Position numbers and translations under genes: made by a program
In this document: piece after piece, positions 42,331 through 52,070 of the stretch
Position numbering within the stretch: position 1 is the stretch's first letter
Layout: each line of letters starts with the position of its first letter
NCBI GenBank assembly: GCA_038231455.1
Contig: JBBRLI010000004.1
Coordinates: 1 to 64,000, forward strand
Length of the DNA: 64,000 bases
From: Vulcanimicrobiales bacterium
GTDB lineage: Bacteria; Vulcanimicrobiota; Vulcanimicrobiia; Vulcanimicrobiales; Vulcanimicrobiaceae
Direction: 5' to 3'
Notes under the pieces: generated by a model
Database searches by the model: none
Told to the model about the DNA's origin: nothing
Seen by the model: only the letters and a program-made list of their open reading frames with translations

Positions 42331-43190
42331 TGGACGCCGCCTTCGCGCTTATCGTGCTCACCCTCATCAAAGCAACGCCGCTGATCTACGCATCGCTCGG
42401 CGGCGTGCTCTCCGAGCGCTCGGGCGTGGTGAATATCGGACTCGAAGGGATGCTCGTCGCGGGCGCGTTCTTCGGCGTCGTCGGCTCGTTTGCAAGCGGC
42501 AATGCGATCGTCGGCGCGATCTGCGGCGTGTTCGCCGCGATGGCGCTCGCGGCGATCTTCGCTTTCGTTGTGACGCGCTTTGCGGTCGACCAGATCGTGG
42601 CGGGGACCGGGATCAACATTGCGATGATCGGCGCGGCCGCCTACGGTCTGGTCATCGTATTCGGTCAGCCCGGTGCATCGCACGAAGTCCCCGCCCTCGG
42701 CGTCGCCGGGGAGCGCGTACTCATCGGCCTTGCAATCGCTCTTGCCGTGGCCTTGCAGTTCGCAATCGACCGCACCCCATGGGGTTTGCGCGTTCGGGCC
42801 TGTGGCGAAAATCCGAGCGCGGCGGCGGCGGCAGGGATCGATCCGCTGCGCACGCGCTTTGTTGCCGTCACGATCGGCGGCGCGATCGCGGGCCTCGGCG
42901 GCGTGTTTCTCTCGCTTGCCGAGCTCAATCTCTATAGCGACGGGATGACGGCAGGCCGCGGCTTTATCGCGCTCGCCGCAGTCATCTTCGGACGCTGGAA
43001 CCCGCTCGGGGCGCTCGGCGCATCACTCTTTTTCGGCTTCTTTGCGGCGCTGCAGTACACGCTTCAACGCTCGGGCGTGCCAAGCGAACTCATGCAAGCG
43101 TTGCCGTATCTGGCCGCCGTTATTGCACTTGCGGGCTTTGCCGGACGCGTGCGCGCACCGGCCGCTGACGGCATCCCGTACGCCAAATAG
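42330..43190 (+). CDS. Nucleoside ABC transporter permease 2
   Basis: SERSGVVNIGLEG, GRGFIALAAVIFGRW, LPY. Confidence 0.92.
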   Translation: MDAAFALIVLTLIKATPLIYASLGGVLSERSGVVNIGLEGMLVAGAFFGVVGSFASGNAIVGAICGVFAAMALAAIFAFVVTRFAVDQIVAGTGINIAMIGAAAYGLVIVFGQPGASHEVPALGVAGERVLIGLAIALAVALQFAIDRTPWGLRVRACGENPSAAAAAGIDPLRTRFVAVTIGGAIAGLGGVFLSLAELNLYSDGMTAGRGFIALAAVIFGRWNPLGALGASLFFGFFAALQYTLQRSGVPSELMQALPYLAAVIALAGFAGRVRAPAADGIPYAK

Positions 43191-43261
43191 CCGACCGGGC
43201 TCCCTCGCTCTTCGATACGAGCAACTTGACTTTGGTCGCAGTCGAACCGATAGTACTTGTA

Positions 43262-44323
43262 ATGCGTTTTCCTCGCACGGCTCTAGCCTGTGCCGCGTTC
43301 TTCTTTGCACTCCACTCCACCAGCTATGCGGCGGCCCCCGGACCTCTCGGCGAACTGCAAACGCAGCTCTCGTCGCTCTCGATGCACGCGCCCGGCAATG
43401 TCGGGATCGTGATCAAAGACCTCACGACCGGCTTGACCTCCGGCGTGAACGCATCGGCCAATATGCCGGCGGCATCCATCATCAAAATTCCGGTGATGGT
43501 CGAAGTCTTCCGGCAGATGTCGCTCGGCACGGTCAGTCTGAATGACACCCTGCACCTGCAGCGCGGCGACCGCGATAATGGCTGGGGAGATCTTGCGGGC
43601 GCCCGCGCGGGCTCGGGTTACTCGGTCTCGAAACTCATGTGGCTGATGATCACGGAGAGCGACAACACGGCGACGAACATGCTGATCCGCCGCGTCGGCC
43701 GCGATCATATCAACACGACGATGCGCAAACTCGGCCTCGGACAGACGCGTCTTGGCGACTACATTCGCAGCGACGGCAACATTCGATCGCTGCGCTCCTC
43801 ACCGAACGACATGATGAAGCTGCTCGAAGCGATGGCGCAGGATCGTCTGGTCGATGAGTGGAGCTCGCGCGCGATGATCACGATTCTGACCGGTCAGCAC
43901 CACAACGGACTCTTGCCGCAGCCATTACCGGCCGGAATCCAAATCGCGCACAAGACCGGCACGCTTCACGACACGCTCAACGACGTTGGCATCGTGTATA
44001 TGAATAGCGAACCGTACATCATCGCCGTGATGACGACGCATCTTCCGTCGCTGGATTCGGGCCGCCGGTTCATCCGCAACGTGTCTTCGGCTGCGTTCCG
44101 GCAACTTTCGCGCTTTGCGACGTGGCGCGAAACGAACGACATCCCCACCCTCGCCAAGGTGCCGAGCTTTAGCTCGCCGGACGCAACGATGTGGCAAACA
44201 CCGACGGGCGTTCTTACGCCGGTCGACTCGTCGGCCTCCGCTGCAAGTCTGGAGGAACAGATGCCTCCACCCGCCCCCGCCCCGGTCGAATCGGCGAATC
44301 CGAGCGCCACACCCGCTCCCTAG
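43262..44323 (+). CDS. Secreted serine hydrolase, class A beta-lactamase-like fold
   Basis: ASIIK (SxxK), SDN, HKTG; Pro/Ala/Ser-rich tail. Confidence 0.88.
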   Translation: MRFPRTALACAAFFFALHSTSYAAAPGPLGELQTQLSSLSMHAPGNVGIVIKDLTTGLTSGVNASANMPAASIIKIPVMVEVFRQMSLGTVSLNDTLHLQRGDRDNGWGDLAGARAGSGYSVSKLMWLMITESDNTATNMLIRRVGRDHINTTMRKLGLGQTRLGDYIRSDGNIRSLRSSPNDMMKLLEAMAQDRLVDEWSSRAMITILTGQHHNGLLPQPLPAGIQIAHKTGTLHDTLNDVGIVYMNSEPYIIAVMTTHLPSLDSGRRFIRNVSSAAFRQLSRFATWRETNDIPTLAKVPSFSSPDATMWQTPTGVLTPVDSSASAASLEEQMPPPAPAPVESANPSATPAP

Positions 44324-44396
44324 CGCCGCTAACAGGAACCTTACCTACGGGCGTTCCGGGTTGATCTGCTGACCCGACGTGCCGATAGACCAAAGA

Positions 44397-45158
44397 ATGG
44401 ACCACGTCGACTCGACCCTCGCCGATTTCTTGTTCTGGTCCTCGCCTGTTCCCGCGTGGATCGTCGATGCCGAGACCGATCTGTTTCTTGCGGTCAACGA
44501 TGCCGCGGTCGAAACGTACGGCTACACGCGTGCGGAATTTGCCGCGATGACGACCGCTGCGCTGTGCGTGCCGGACTCGGGCCAGTGGAAAAATATCACG
44601 CGCGATGGGCGCGTGCTCGTCGTTCAAGAAGTCATGTCCGACGATTTTCGCTTCGAGGGACGACGCGCGCGCGCCACCGTTTCGCTCGATATTTCCGAGC
44701 GGGTGCAACTGCTCGATGCGGTCGACACCACGCGCGCGATGCTCGCCGTCGCCGAACGCGTTGCCGCGATCGGCACGTGGAGCGCCGATCTGCGCGCGCG
44801 CACGGTCGAACCGTCCGCCGAATTCCGCCGACTCTTCGGACCGACCGCAAACGAAATCGACACGCACGCGCTTTTTCTCAATCGCCTCGACGACGATCAG
44901 CCCGAGGCCCGCGCAACGCTCTTACATGCCTATGAAACGCTTTCGCCGTTCGAGGTTGAGTGTCGCCTTCGCACGGCGGACGGCATTCGCTGGTATCGCA
45001 TCGGCCTCGAGTACGCATGCATCGAGGTTGCTTCGCGATTCATCGGAACGATTCGCGACGTAAGCGACCGATATGCCCAGGGCACATCCGGCGCGCGAGG
45101 TGCTACGCCGGCGCGTGCACGTTCCGACATATCATTCGATCGCTGCGCTTCCGACTAA
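44397..45158 (+). CDS. PAS-PAS protein (shorter paralog)
   Basis: FLAVNDAAVETYGY and GTWSADL..WY..GTIRDVSDR; nearly collinear with the next gene. Confidence 0.8.
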   Translation: MDHVDSTLADFLFWSSPVPAWIVDAETDLFLAVNDAAVETYGYTRAEFAAMTTAALCVPDSGQWKNITRDGRVLVVQEVMSDDFRFEGRRARATVSLDISERVQLLDAVDTTRAMLAVAERVAAIGTWSADLRARTVEPSAEFRRLFGPTANEIDTHALFLNRLDDDQPEARATLLHAYETLSPFEVECRLRTADGIRWYRIGLEYACIEVASRFIGTIRDVSDRYAQGTSGARGATPARARSDISFDRCASD

Positions 45159-45270
45159 ACGACATGATGAAAACTGCCGGGGGCTTCCCCTGCTTCTCAG
45201 CGATGGGTGCCGTACGCTTGCGTCCGCTACGGCGCTTTAGACACTCCCCAGGATAGCCGATACGGAAGAA

Positions 45271-46452
45271 ATGGAGCAACTCGAACCGGCCCTCTCCAAT
45301 TTCTTGTTTTGGTCTTCCCCCGTTCCGACGTGGATCGTGGATTCAGAATCGGATCTCTTTCTTGCTGTCAACGATGCCGCGATCGAAACGTACGGATATT
45401 CACACGCAGAATTCCACGCTATGACGACGTGCGCGCTTTGCATTCCGGATGGAACCGGTTCCTGGAAGAACATTACGCGCGATGGACGCGTCATCAGCGT
45501 CCACGAAGTGACCTCGAGCTACTTCTTTTATGAAGGTCGGCGTGCCCGCGCGACGATTTCGCTCGACATCTCCGAGCGCGTGCGGCTGCTCGCTACCGTC
45601 GATAACACGCGCGCCATGCTCGCTGCCGCGGAACGCGCCGGCGTGCTAGCAACGTGGAGCGCCGATCTGCGCGCGCGGACGGTCGAACCATCGGCTGAAT
45701 TTCGCCGGCTCTTCGGACCGAACGCAAACGAAATCGATTGCCACGCGCTCTTTCTGAATCGCCTGGACGATGGCCAACCCCTCGCGCGCACGACGCTGCT
45801 ACGCGCGTACGAGACGCTCTCGCCGTTCGATCTCGAATGTCGACTGCGAACCGTCGACGGCCTTCGCTGGTACCGCGTCGGACTCGAGTACGCGTCTTTG
45901 GAAAACGAGAATCGGTTTATCGGAACGATCCTCGATGTGAGCGATCGTTATTCCGCGATGGAACGGACGGAACGGGTTGCCTTTCTCGATGAATCGACCG
46001 GGTTTCCAAACCGTTCGTCGTTCTTGCTGCACCTCGATGCGGTCGCGCTTCCATTCGGTGCGGCAATCGCCATCGTCAAAATGTTCGTCGCCGACGAATC
46101 GACTACAGCGTACGATGCGGCGGTCGAACGATTGCGTGCGACGCTCATCGAGGGGACGTTCGTCGCGCGTTACTCGGAGCACAAACTGGTGTGTCTCTTC
46201 CCCACGCGTGATGGCGGGCGTGCGGCCGCGGACTGGGCGCGCTACGCCGTCTCTACGTTCGATGAACCCGTGATCGTCGGTACAATGCCGGTCGCGGTCC
46301 GCGCCATCTCCGCGATTGCGGCGACCGAGGATGACCATTGCCGCGGAAAAGCGCTCTTAGCGCTGGCGCGCGCTGCGCTTCGCGCTCAATCGCCGCGCGG
46401 TACTCCCACTATGCCGTCGCGTGTACGTTCCGATTCGCGTACGTCGGGGTAA
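45271..46452 (+). CDS. PAS-PAS plus degenerate GGDEF-like domain protein
   Basis: Same PAS pair, then DESTGFPNRSSF and ARYSEHKL in place of RxGGDEF. Confidence 0.8.
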   Translation: MEQLEPALSNFLFWSSPVPTWIVDSESDLFLAVNDAAIETYGYSHAEFHAMTTCALCIPDGTGSWKNITRDGRVISVHEVTSSYFFYEGRRARATISLDISERVRLLATVDNTRAMLAAAERAGVLATWSADLRARTVEPSAEFRRLFGPNANEIDCHALFLNRLDDGQPLARTTLLRAYETLSPFDLECRLRTVDGLRWYRVGLEYASLENENRFIGTILDVSDRYSAMERTERVAFLDESTGFPNRSSFLLHLDAVALPFGAAIAIVKMFVADESTTAYDAAVERLRATLIEGTFVARYSEHKLVCLFPTRDGGRAAADWARYAVSTFDEPVIVGTMPVAVRAISAIAATEDDHCRGKALLALARAALRAQSPRGTPTMPSRVRSDSRTSG

Positions 46453-47359
46453 GCAGGTTCTTGTACTTCGACATCCGCCCGCGTACGAGATTATCGTAGG
46501 TCGCGACGAGCTTGGCCGCGACCGGGCCTTGCGTTGCATCGCCGACCGACCGGTGATCGACCGACTGAACCCACTGCACGCCCGCAGCGCTGCCCGTAAA
46601 GAGAATTTCATCCGCTCCGTAAAGTTCGCTGCGATCGATCGCACGCTGCACGACCGGCAGACCCAGCTCGTTTGCAGCAAGATCTAAAATCGTCTGGCGT
46701 GTGATGCCTTCAAGAATGTTCTGCGAGGCATCGGGCGTGAACACGACGCCGTTCTTCACAAGGATGATGTTCTCGGCGGAACCCTCAGCGACGTGTCCGT
46801 CGGAACTGAGCATGATCGCCTCATCAAAACCGTTGAGCTGCGCTTCACTCTTGGCAAGTGCACTATTGACGTAGACGCCCGTAATCTTGGCGCGGGCGGG
46901 GGCCATCGTATCGTCCATCCGGCGCCACGAACTCACGCCCGCCTTGAGGCCGACGCTCGAATCGAAATAGCGGTCGAACGGGATCGCGATGATCGCAAAG
47001 GCATCTTTGACGTTGTGCAAACGGACGCCGACATCTTCGTTCGCCTTATAAGCGACCGGACGGATGTAGATGTCTTGCTTGAAGCCGTTGCGCGCGACGA
47101 TCTCGGCGGTGATTTCGCAGAGCGTCTTCGTGTCGTGCGGTAATTTCATCATCAGGAGCTTGGCGGAATTGGCAAGCCGCACGAAGTGATCTTCGAGCTG
47201 CAAGAGATAGAGTTCGTCGTCCGCGGCGTTCCAGAATCCGCGCACGCCCTCAAAACACCCGGTGCCATACTGCAGGCCATGCGTGAGCAAACCGACCTTG
47301 GCTTCGTCGTAGCGCGAGTAGCGACCGTCGGCATAGACGGTGAGGGCTCCTAATTCCAT
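46409..47359 (-). CDS. ilvE: Branched-chain amino acid aminotransferase
   Basis: HGLQYGTGCFEG, YIRP, AKITG.Y.NS, EGSAEN, LEGITR; GGAG RBS. Confidence 0.95.
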   Translation of the reverse strand: MELGALTVYADGRYSRYDEAKVGLLTHGLQYGTGCFEGVRGFWNAADDELYLLQLEDHFVRLANSAKLLMMKLPHDTKTLCEITAEIVARNGFKQDIYIRPVAYKANEDVGVRLHNVKDAFAIIAIPFDRYFDSSVGLKAGVSSWRRMDDTMAPARAKITGVYVNSALAKSEAQLNGFDEAIMLSSDGHVAEGSAENIILVKNGVVFTPDASQNILEGITRQTILDLAANELGLPVVQRAIDRSELYGADEILFTGSAAGVQWVQSVDHRSVGDATQGPVAAKLVATYDNLVRGRMSKYKNLLTPTYANRNVHATA

Positions 47360-47435
47360 TGTTTCTCCGGTCGTTTGGGGGACGGGCCAGCTTCCCGTAG
47401 CATTCTGCGAGTCCTCCGGCGAACGTGCTGGCCCG

Positions 47436-48626
47436 ATGGCCGACGTTTTCGGAGTGTTTCTCCGCTTAGGTTTGACGTCGTTTGGGGGCCCGATCGCACA
47501 CCTCGGGTACTTCCGCGACGAATTTGTCACGCGCCGCAAGTGGTTTGACGAGGCGACGTTTGCCGCGATCGTCGCGTTTTGTTCGGTCTTACCCGGTCCG
47601 ACGAGTTCGCAAGTTGGGATGATCGTGGGCCTTCAGCGGGGCGGCGGCCTCGGGATGCTGCTGGCGTGGATCGGCTTCACGGCACCCTCGGCGATCCTGA
47701 TGGCGCTCTTTGCGATCGCCGTTCAAGCGGGCGGCGCCGCGCCACCGGTCTGGCTTGCCGGTTTACTTGCCGGCCTAACCGCCGCAGCCGCGGCCGTGAT
47801 CGCGCAGGCGGTTTTGGGCCTTGCGCGCTCGCTCTGTACGGGGCGCGCAACGCAGACGATTGCTCTGGGTGCGGCGATCGTTGCGATTGCAACGGCAGCG
47901 ATCCCCGGCTTGCAGTGGCTGCCGATTGCGCTTGGAACCGTGGGCGGCTACGCCCTCTTGCGGGCAAACGACGACACGATCCCGCCCGCACCGCTTGCGA
48001 TCCGCATTCGGCCCATGGTCGCGGCCCTCGCGATCGTGCTCTTCGTCGCGGGCGCCGTGTTCGTGAGCGTTGCAAGCGCGCGCAGCGCAAGTGCGACCCT
48101 GCTTGCTACGCTCTTTCGCGCGGGTTCGCTTGTCTTCGGCGGCGGCCACGTCGTGCTGCCACTCTTACAAGCCCTCGTCGGCGAAGGCTTAATCTCCGGG
48201 CGCGACTTCTTCGCCGGGTACGGCGCGGCGCAAGCGATCCCCGGACCGCTCACGACCTTCGCGGCATTCCTTGGCTACGACAATCTTTCACCGTTGCATG
48301 GCGCGTGGGGCGCGCTCGTTGCCACGATCGTCATCTTCATTCCCTCGGCGCTGCTCATCATCGGACTCATTCCGTTTTGGGAGCGCTTACGACAGCTGCC
48401 GGGCGCGGGGCGCGCGCTGCGGGGCGCCAACGCAAGTGTCGTCGGCCTGCTCGGTGCCGTGCTGTATTCACCGATCCTCACCTCACTTGCGGTGGCACCG
48501 ATGCGCGTGGGTGTTGCGCTCGTCGCCTTTGCGCTTCTGGCGGTGTGGAAGTTCCCGCCGTGGATTGCGGTTGGGGCCGCCGGCGTCCTCGGTATTATCG
48601 TTGCATTAAGCGGCGGGACGATCTAA
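47436..48626 (+). CDS. chrA: Chromate efflux transporter
   Basis: LGLTSFGGPIAHLGYF, LPGPTSSQ, VFGGGHVVLP, AQAIPGP. Confidence 0.93.
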   Translation: MADVFGVFLRLGLTSFGGPIAHLGYFRDEFVTRRKWFDEATFAAIVAFCSVLPGPTSSQVGMIVGLQRGGGLGMLLAWIGFTAPSAILMALFAIAVQAGGAAPPVWLAGLLAGLTAAAAAVIAQAVLGLARSLCTGRATQTIALGAAIVAIATAAIPGLQWLPIALGTVGGYALLRANDDTIPPAPLAIRIRPMVAALAIVLFVAGAVFVSVASARSASATLLATLFRAGSLVFGGGHVVLPLLQALVGEGLISGRDFFAGYGAAQAIPGPLTTFAAFLGYDNLSPLHGAWGALVATIVIFIPSALLIIGLIPFWERLRQLPGAGRALRGANASVVGLLGAVLYSPILTSLAVAPMRVGVALVAFALLAVWKFPPWIAVGAAGVLGIIVALSGGTI

Positions 48627-48650
48627 GCCCCAGCGACAACGTACGAGCAT

Positions 48651-48989
48651 ATGTTCGAGTGGATTGAAGGCTCGCGAACGTTCGATATTCTCTTCGGCCT
48701 CGTCACCGCCGGAGCGTGTCTATCTGTTGCTGCGCCGATGCTCTGGTGGTGGCTGCCCGCACATCGACGTTCGTTTTTCGGCACGCGTATCGACCCCACG
48801 TATCGCCTCCAACTCGCGTACGGATTATTCGGTATGGGAATGTTCGGAACGGACATCGGCTGCCGCTTCATCCCGCACGACGACCTCGCGTTCGTCCATC
48901 CGACGTACTTCACGATCACGCTGCTGCTCGTGTTCGCACTCGGCCCGCGGTTGATCGCGATGGGTGCGCGCACCCGGACCACCGCTTAG
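48651..48989 (+). CDS. Small membrane protein, hypothetical
   Basis: Three hydrophobic segments; fills the gap. Confidence 0.55.
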   Translation: MFEWIEGSRTFDILFGLVTAGACLSVAAPMLWWWLPAHRRSFFGTRIDPTYRLQLAYGLFGMGMFGTDIGCRFIPHDDLAFVHPTYFTITLLLVFALGPRLIAMGARTRTTA

Positions 48990-49011
48990 CTCTGGCGATT
49001 AGGACGCAACC

Positions 49012-51267
49012 ATGAAACGCACGGTCATCGGCGCGCTTGCGCTTTCTTGTGCACTTGGGGCCGCTGCTCTCGCGCAGCCCGGACTCATCGAACTCCCGAA
49101 CGCCTGGAAGATCGTGCGTCCGAGCGGCGCGGTCGCGGCGACCGGCACGATGCCCGAGGGAATTACGCTCTCGCAAGATGCGAAGCGGGCATTCATCGTC
49201 GAGGGCGGTTGGGGACCCAATGGTCTGCGCACGGTCGACCTCGGCACGATGCAAACGACATCGTTTGTCGAGATGAAGTCGGCGTTCGGGCGCGCGCTGC
49301 GCGATGCAAACGGCGATGGGATGTGGGTGGCCGGCGGTTCGACCGATGCGATCGCGCACATCAGCAGCGGTGCGATCGATAGGCAGATCAAACTCGATGC
49401 GGGTTCCTACGTCGTCGACATCACCCGGTCGCCTGATGGAAAACTCCTCGCGGTCGTCGGTGAGAGTGCGAACAAAATTGCGTTCATCGATGAAGCAGCC
49501 GGCACCGTCATCGCGCAAGTCGACGTTGGCCACCATCCGCGCGCGGCGCTCTTCTCGCAAGACGGCGCGACACTCTACGTTTCGAACTGGGGCCAGCGCA
49601 CCGTCGATCGCATCGATGTTGCGACGAAGAAAAATCTCGGGTCGATCGCTGTCGGCATGCATCCGGGTGCGATGGTGATGGATGGCACGATGCTCGATGT
49701 CGTCGTCGCCGATGACGACATGGTCGCCTCGATCGACACCAAGACCAATACCGTCGTCAAAACCGGCAGCGTCCACGGTCGCGGTGAAATCGGCTGGTCG
49801 CCGAACAATCTGCGCCTCGTCGGCGATTCGCTCTACGTCTCATGCGGCGCCGCGAATGCGGTCGTCGTCCTCGATGCAAAGACGCTCGCGCTTCGCACGA
49901 GCGTTCCTAGCGGCTGGTATCCGACGGATGCCGTCGAGACAGCCGATGCGCTGTATGTGCTCGACGGCAAAGGCGAGGGCGGTCACGCAAATCCCAAATA
50001 CAATACCAACAACCGCGCCGCGGGCGGCTATATTGCCGGAAATCTTGTGGGTTCGTTGCGAAAATTGCCGATTCCAGGCGCTGGCCCAACGCGAAGAATC
50101 GCGAGCGTCATGCGCGCGCAAGAGCCCGGTCCGATCGTCAACGCGCACGGTCCGATCAAACACATCATCTATGTAATCAAAGAGAACCGCACGTACGACC
50201 AAATCTTTGGCGACATCAAAGGCGCCGACGGCGATCCGTCGCTCGTCATGTTCGGAGGCAACGTCACGCCAAACGAACATGCAATCGTCGAGCGTTTCGG
50301 CATCTTCGATAACTTCATGGATAACGCGCACGTCAGCGCCGACGGGCACAACTGGTCGATGGCGGCATTTGCCAACGACTATCTCGAGAAGATGTGGCCG
50401 CCGAACTATTCGAATCGCCGGAAAGGCTACGACTTCGAAGACGGTGCGGAGCCGTCCGTGCCGCACGCCGGCTACCTCTGGGATCTTGCAACGCGTTCGC
50501 ACGTGACGTTCCGCAATTACGGCGAGTTCGTTACCGAGCCCGCGAAGAAAGGCGGCGACTACACGACGCAGATGCCGAATCTCGCAGCGTCGACCGACGC
50601 GAAATTCCCGACCTTCGACATGGCGATCAAAGACGTCGACCGCTTCGCTGAATGGAGGCGCGAATTCGCCGGGTACGTCGCGGCAAAGTCGCTGCCACAA
50701 CTGGAGATTCTTCGATTCCCGCGCGACCATACGAGCGGGACGCGCGTTGGCGCCGTTACACCCGCGGGGATGGTCGCCGACAACGACCGCGCGATGGGTC
50801 TGCTGGTGGATGCCGTCTCGCACTCACCGTACTGGCGCGACACGCTCATCGTCGCACTCGAGGACGACGCGCAGAACGGCGCCGATCACGTCGACGAACA
50901 GCGCTCGACGTTGTACCTTGCAAGCGCCTATGCGAGGACCGGCGTCCATCACGCGCACTATTCGACAGCGAGCGTCTTGCATACGATCGAACTCATCCTC
51001 GGCATGCCGCCGATGACGCCGTACGACGCGGCCGCGTTGCCGCTCGACGCGGCCTTCACCACGACGCCAAACTTCAAGCCGTTCACGGCCCTCGCGACGC
51101 GCATCGATACCGAAGCCACGAACACCAAAGCTGCTTACCGTGCCTCGGATAGCGCGAAGCTCGATCTCGCGCATGCAGATGCCGCCGATCCGGGTATCAT
51201 GAACGATATTCTCTGGCACAGCGCCCATCCGGGCGCAACGCCCCCTCCCTACGGAGTCTTTCGCTGA
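49012..51267 (+). CDS. YncE-like beta-propeller + phosphoesterase (alkaline phosphatase superfamily)
   Basis: Signal peptide; VG.HP repeats; IKHIIYVIKENRTYD, SADGHNW, DHT.G, EDDAQNG.DHVD. Confidence 0.9.
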   Translation: MKRTVIGALALSCALGAAALAQPGLIELPNAWKIVRPSGAVAATGTMPEGITLSQDAKRAFIVEGGWGPNGLRTVDLGTMQTTSFVEMKSAFGRALRDANGDGMWVAGGSTDAIAHISSGAIDRQIKLDAGSYVVDITRSPDGKLLAVVGESANKIAFIDEAAGTVIAQVDVGHHPRAALFSQDGATLYVSNWGQRTVDRIDVATKKNLGSIAVGMHPGAMVMDGTMLDVVVADDDMVASIDTKTNTVVKTGSVHGRGEIGWSPNNLRLVGDSLYVSCGAANAVVVLDAKTLALRTSVPSGWYPTDAVETADALYVLDGKGEGGHANPKYNTNNRAAGGYIAGNLVGSLRKLPIPGAGPTRRIASVMRAQEPGPIVNAHGPIKHIIYVIKENRTYDQIFGDIKGADGDPSLVMFGGNVTPNEHAIVERFGIFDNFMDNAHVSADGHNWSMAAFANDYLEKMWPPNYSNRRKGYDFEDGAEPSVPHAGYLWDLATRSHVTFRNYGEFVTEPAKKGGDYTTQMPNLAASTDAKFPTFDMAIKDVDRFAEWRREFAGYVAAKSLPQLEILRFPRDHTSGTRVGAVTPAGMVADNDRAMGLLVDAVSHSPYWRDTLIVALEDDAQNGADHVDEQRSTLYLASAYARTGVHHAHYSTASVLHTIELILGMPPMTPYDAAALPLDAAFTTTPNFKPFTALATRIDTEATNTKAAYRASDSAKLDLAHADAADPGIMNDILWHSAHPGATPPPYGVFR

Positions 51268-51983
51268 ACGCACTCACCCTGGCTGGGACGGCCTTCGTCG
51301 CCTCAGCCGTCGAAATGGTCGAAGCCCTCACCATCGTTCTTGCCGTCGGTTACGCACGATCGTGGCGGGTGTCGCTCGGCGGCGCCTTCGCAGCGTTTGC
51401 CGTTCTCACGATTCTCACCGTGCTCTTCGGGCCGCTCATCGGGAATCGCATCCCGATCGTCGCGATCCGGCTCGTCGCCGGCGCAGCGGCGCTCTACTTC
51501 GGTTTCAAATGGACGAAGAAAGCGATTCTTCGCGCATCGGGGCGCAAAGCACAGCGCGATGAAGCAGCGCTCTTCGAAGCCGAACTGACGGAGCTGCGCC
51601 GCGAGAAAGCCGACGACCGCGAAGCCTTCCTCACCTCGTTCAACGGCGTCTTCATCGAAGGGATCGAGGTCGTCGTGATCGTCGTCTCGCTTGGCGCGGC
51701 GACCGCCGGCGGCGTCTTGCCGGCAAGCCTCGGCGCACTCGTCGCGGCGATCGCTGTCTTAATCCTCGGCATCATCTTGCGCAAACCCGCTGCTGCCGTT
51801 CCCGAGAACGCCATGAAAATCGTTGTCGGCGTGATGCTGCTTTCGTTCGGCACGTTCTGGGTTGGCGAAGCCGCCGGAATCAAATGGCCGCTTGAAGATA
51901 CCAGCCTCTTCGGACTCGTCGCGCTCTACGCGGCCATCGTTTTCGGTTCGATTTCCGTACTCAAAGTGAAACCCGCGGTGTGA
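51264..51983 (+). CDS. COG4280-like membrane protein, probable CTG start
   Basis: AFVASAVEMVEALTIVLAVG, EGIEVV.IV, VPEN.MK..VG.ML.SFG.FW.GE. Confidence 0.8.
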   Translation: MNALTLAGTAFVASAVEMVEALTIVLAVGYARSWRVSLGGAFAAFAVLTILTVLFGPLIGNRIPIVAIRLVAGAAALYFGFKWTKKAILRASGRKAQRDEAALFEAELTELRREKADDREAFLTSFNGVFIEGIEVVVIVVSLGAATAGGVLPASLGALVAAIAVLILGIILRKPAAAVPENAMKIVVGVMLLSFGTFWVGEAAGIKWPLEDTSLFGLVALYAAIVFGSISVLKVKPAV

Positions 51984-52070
51984 AGTTCTCTCGCATCGCT
52001 GGTGAGCTAAGACGACCTTAACCTTCCGGTGATACGCTCGGCGGCGCCCAGCGCATCCCGGAGGTTTATT

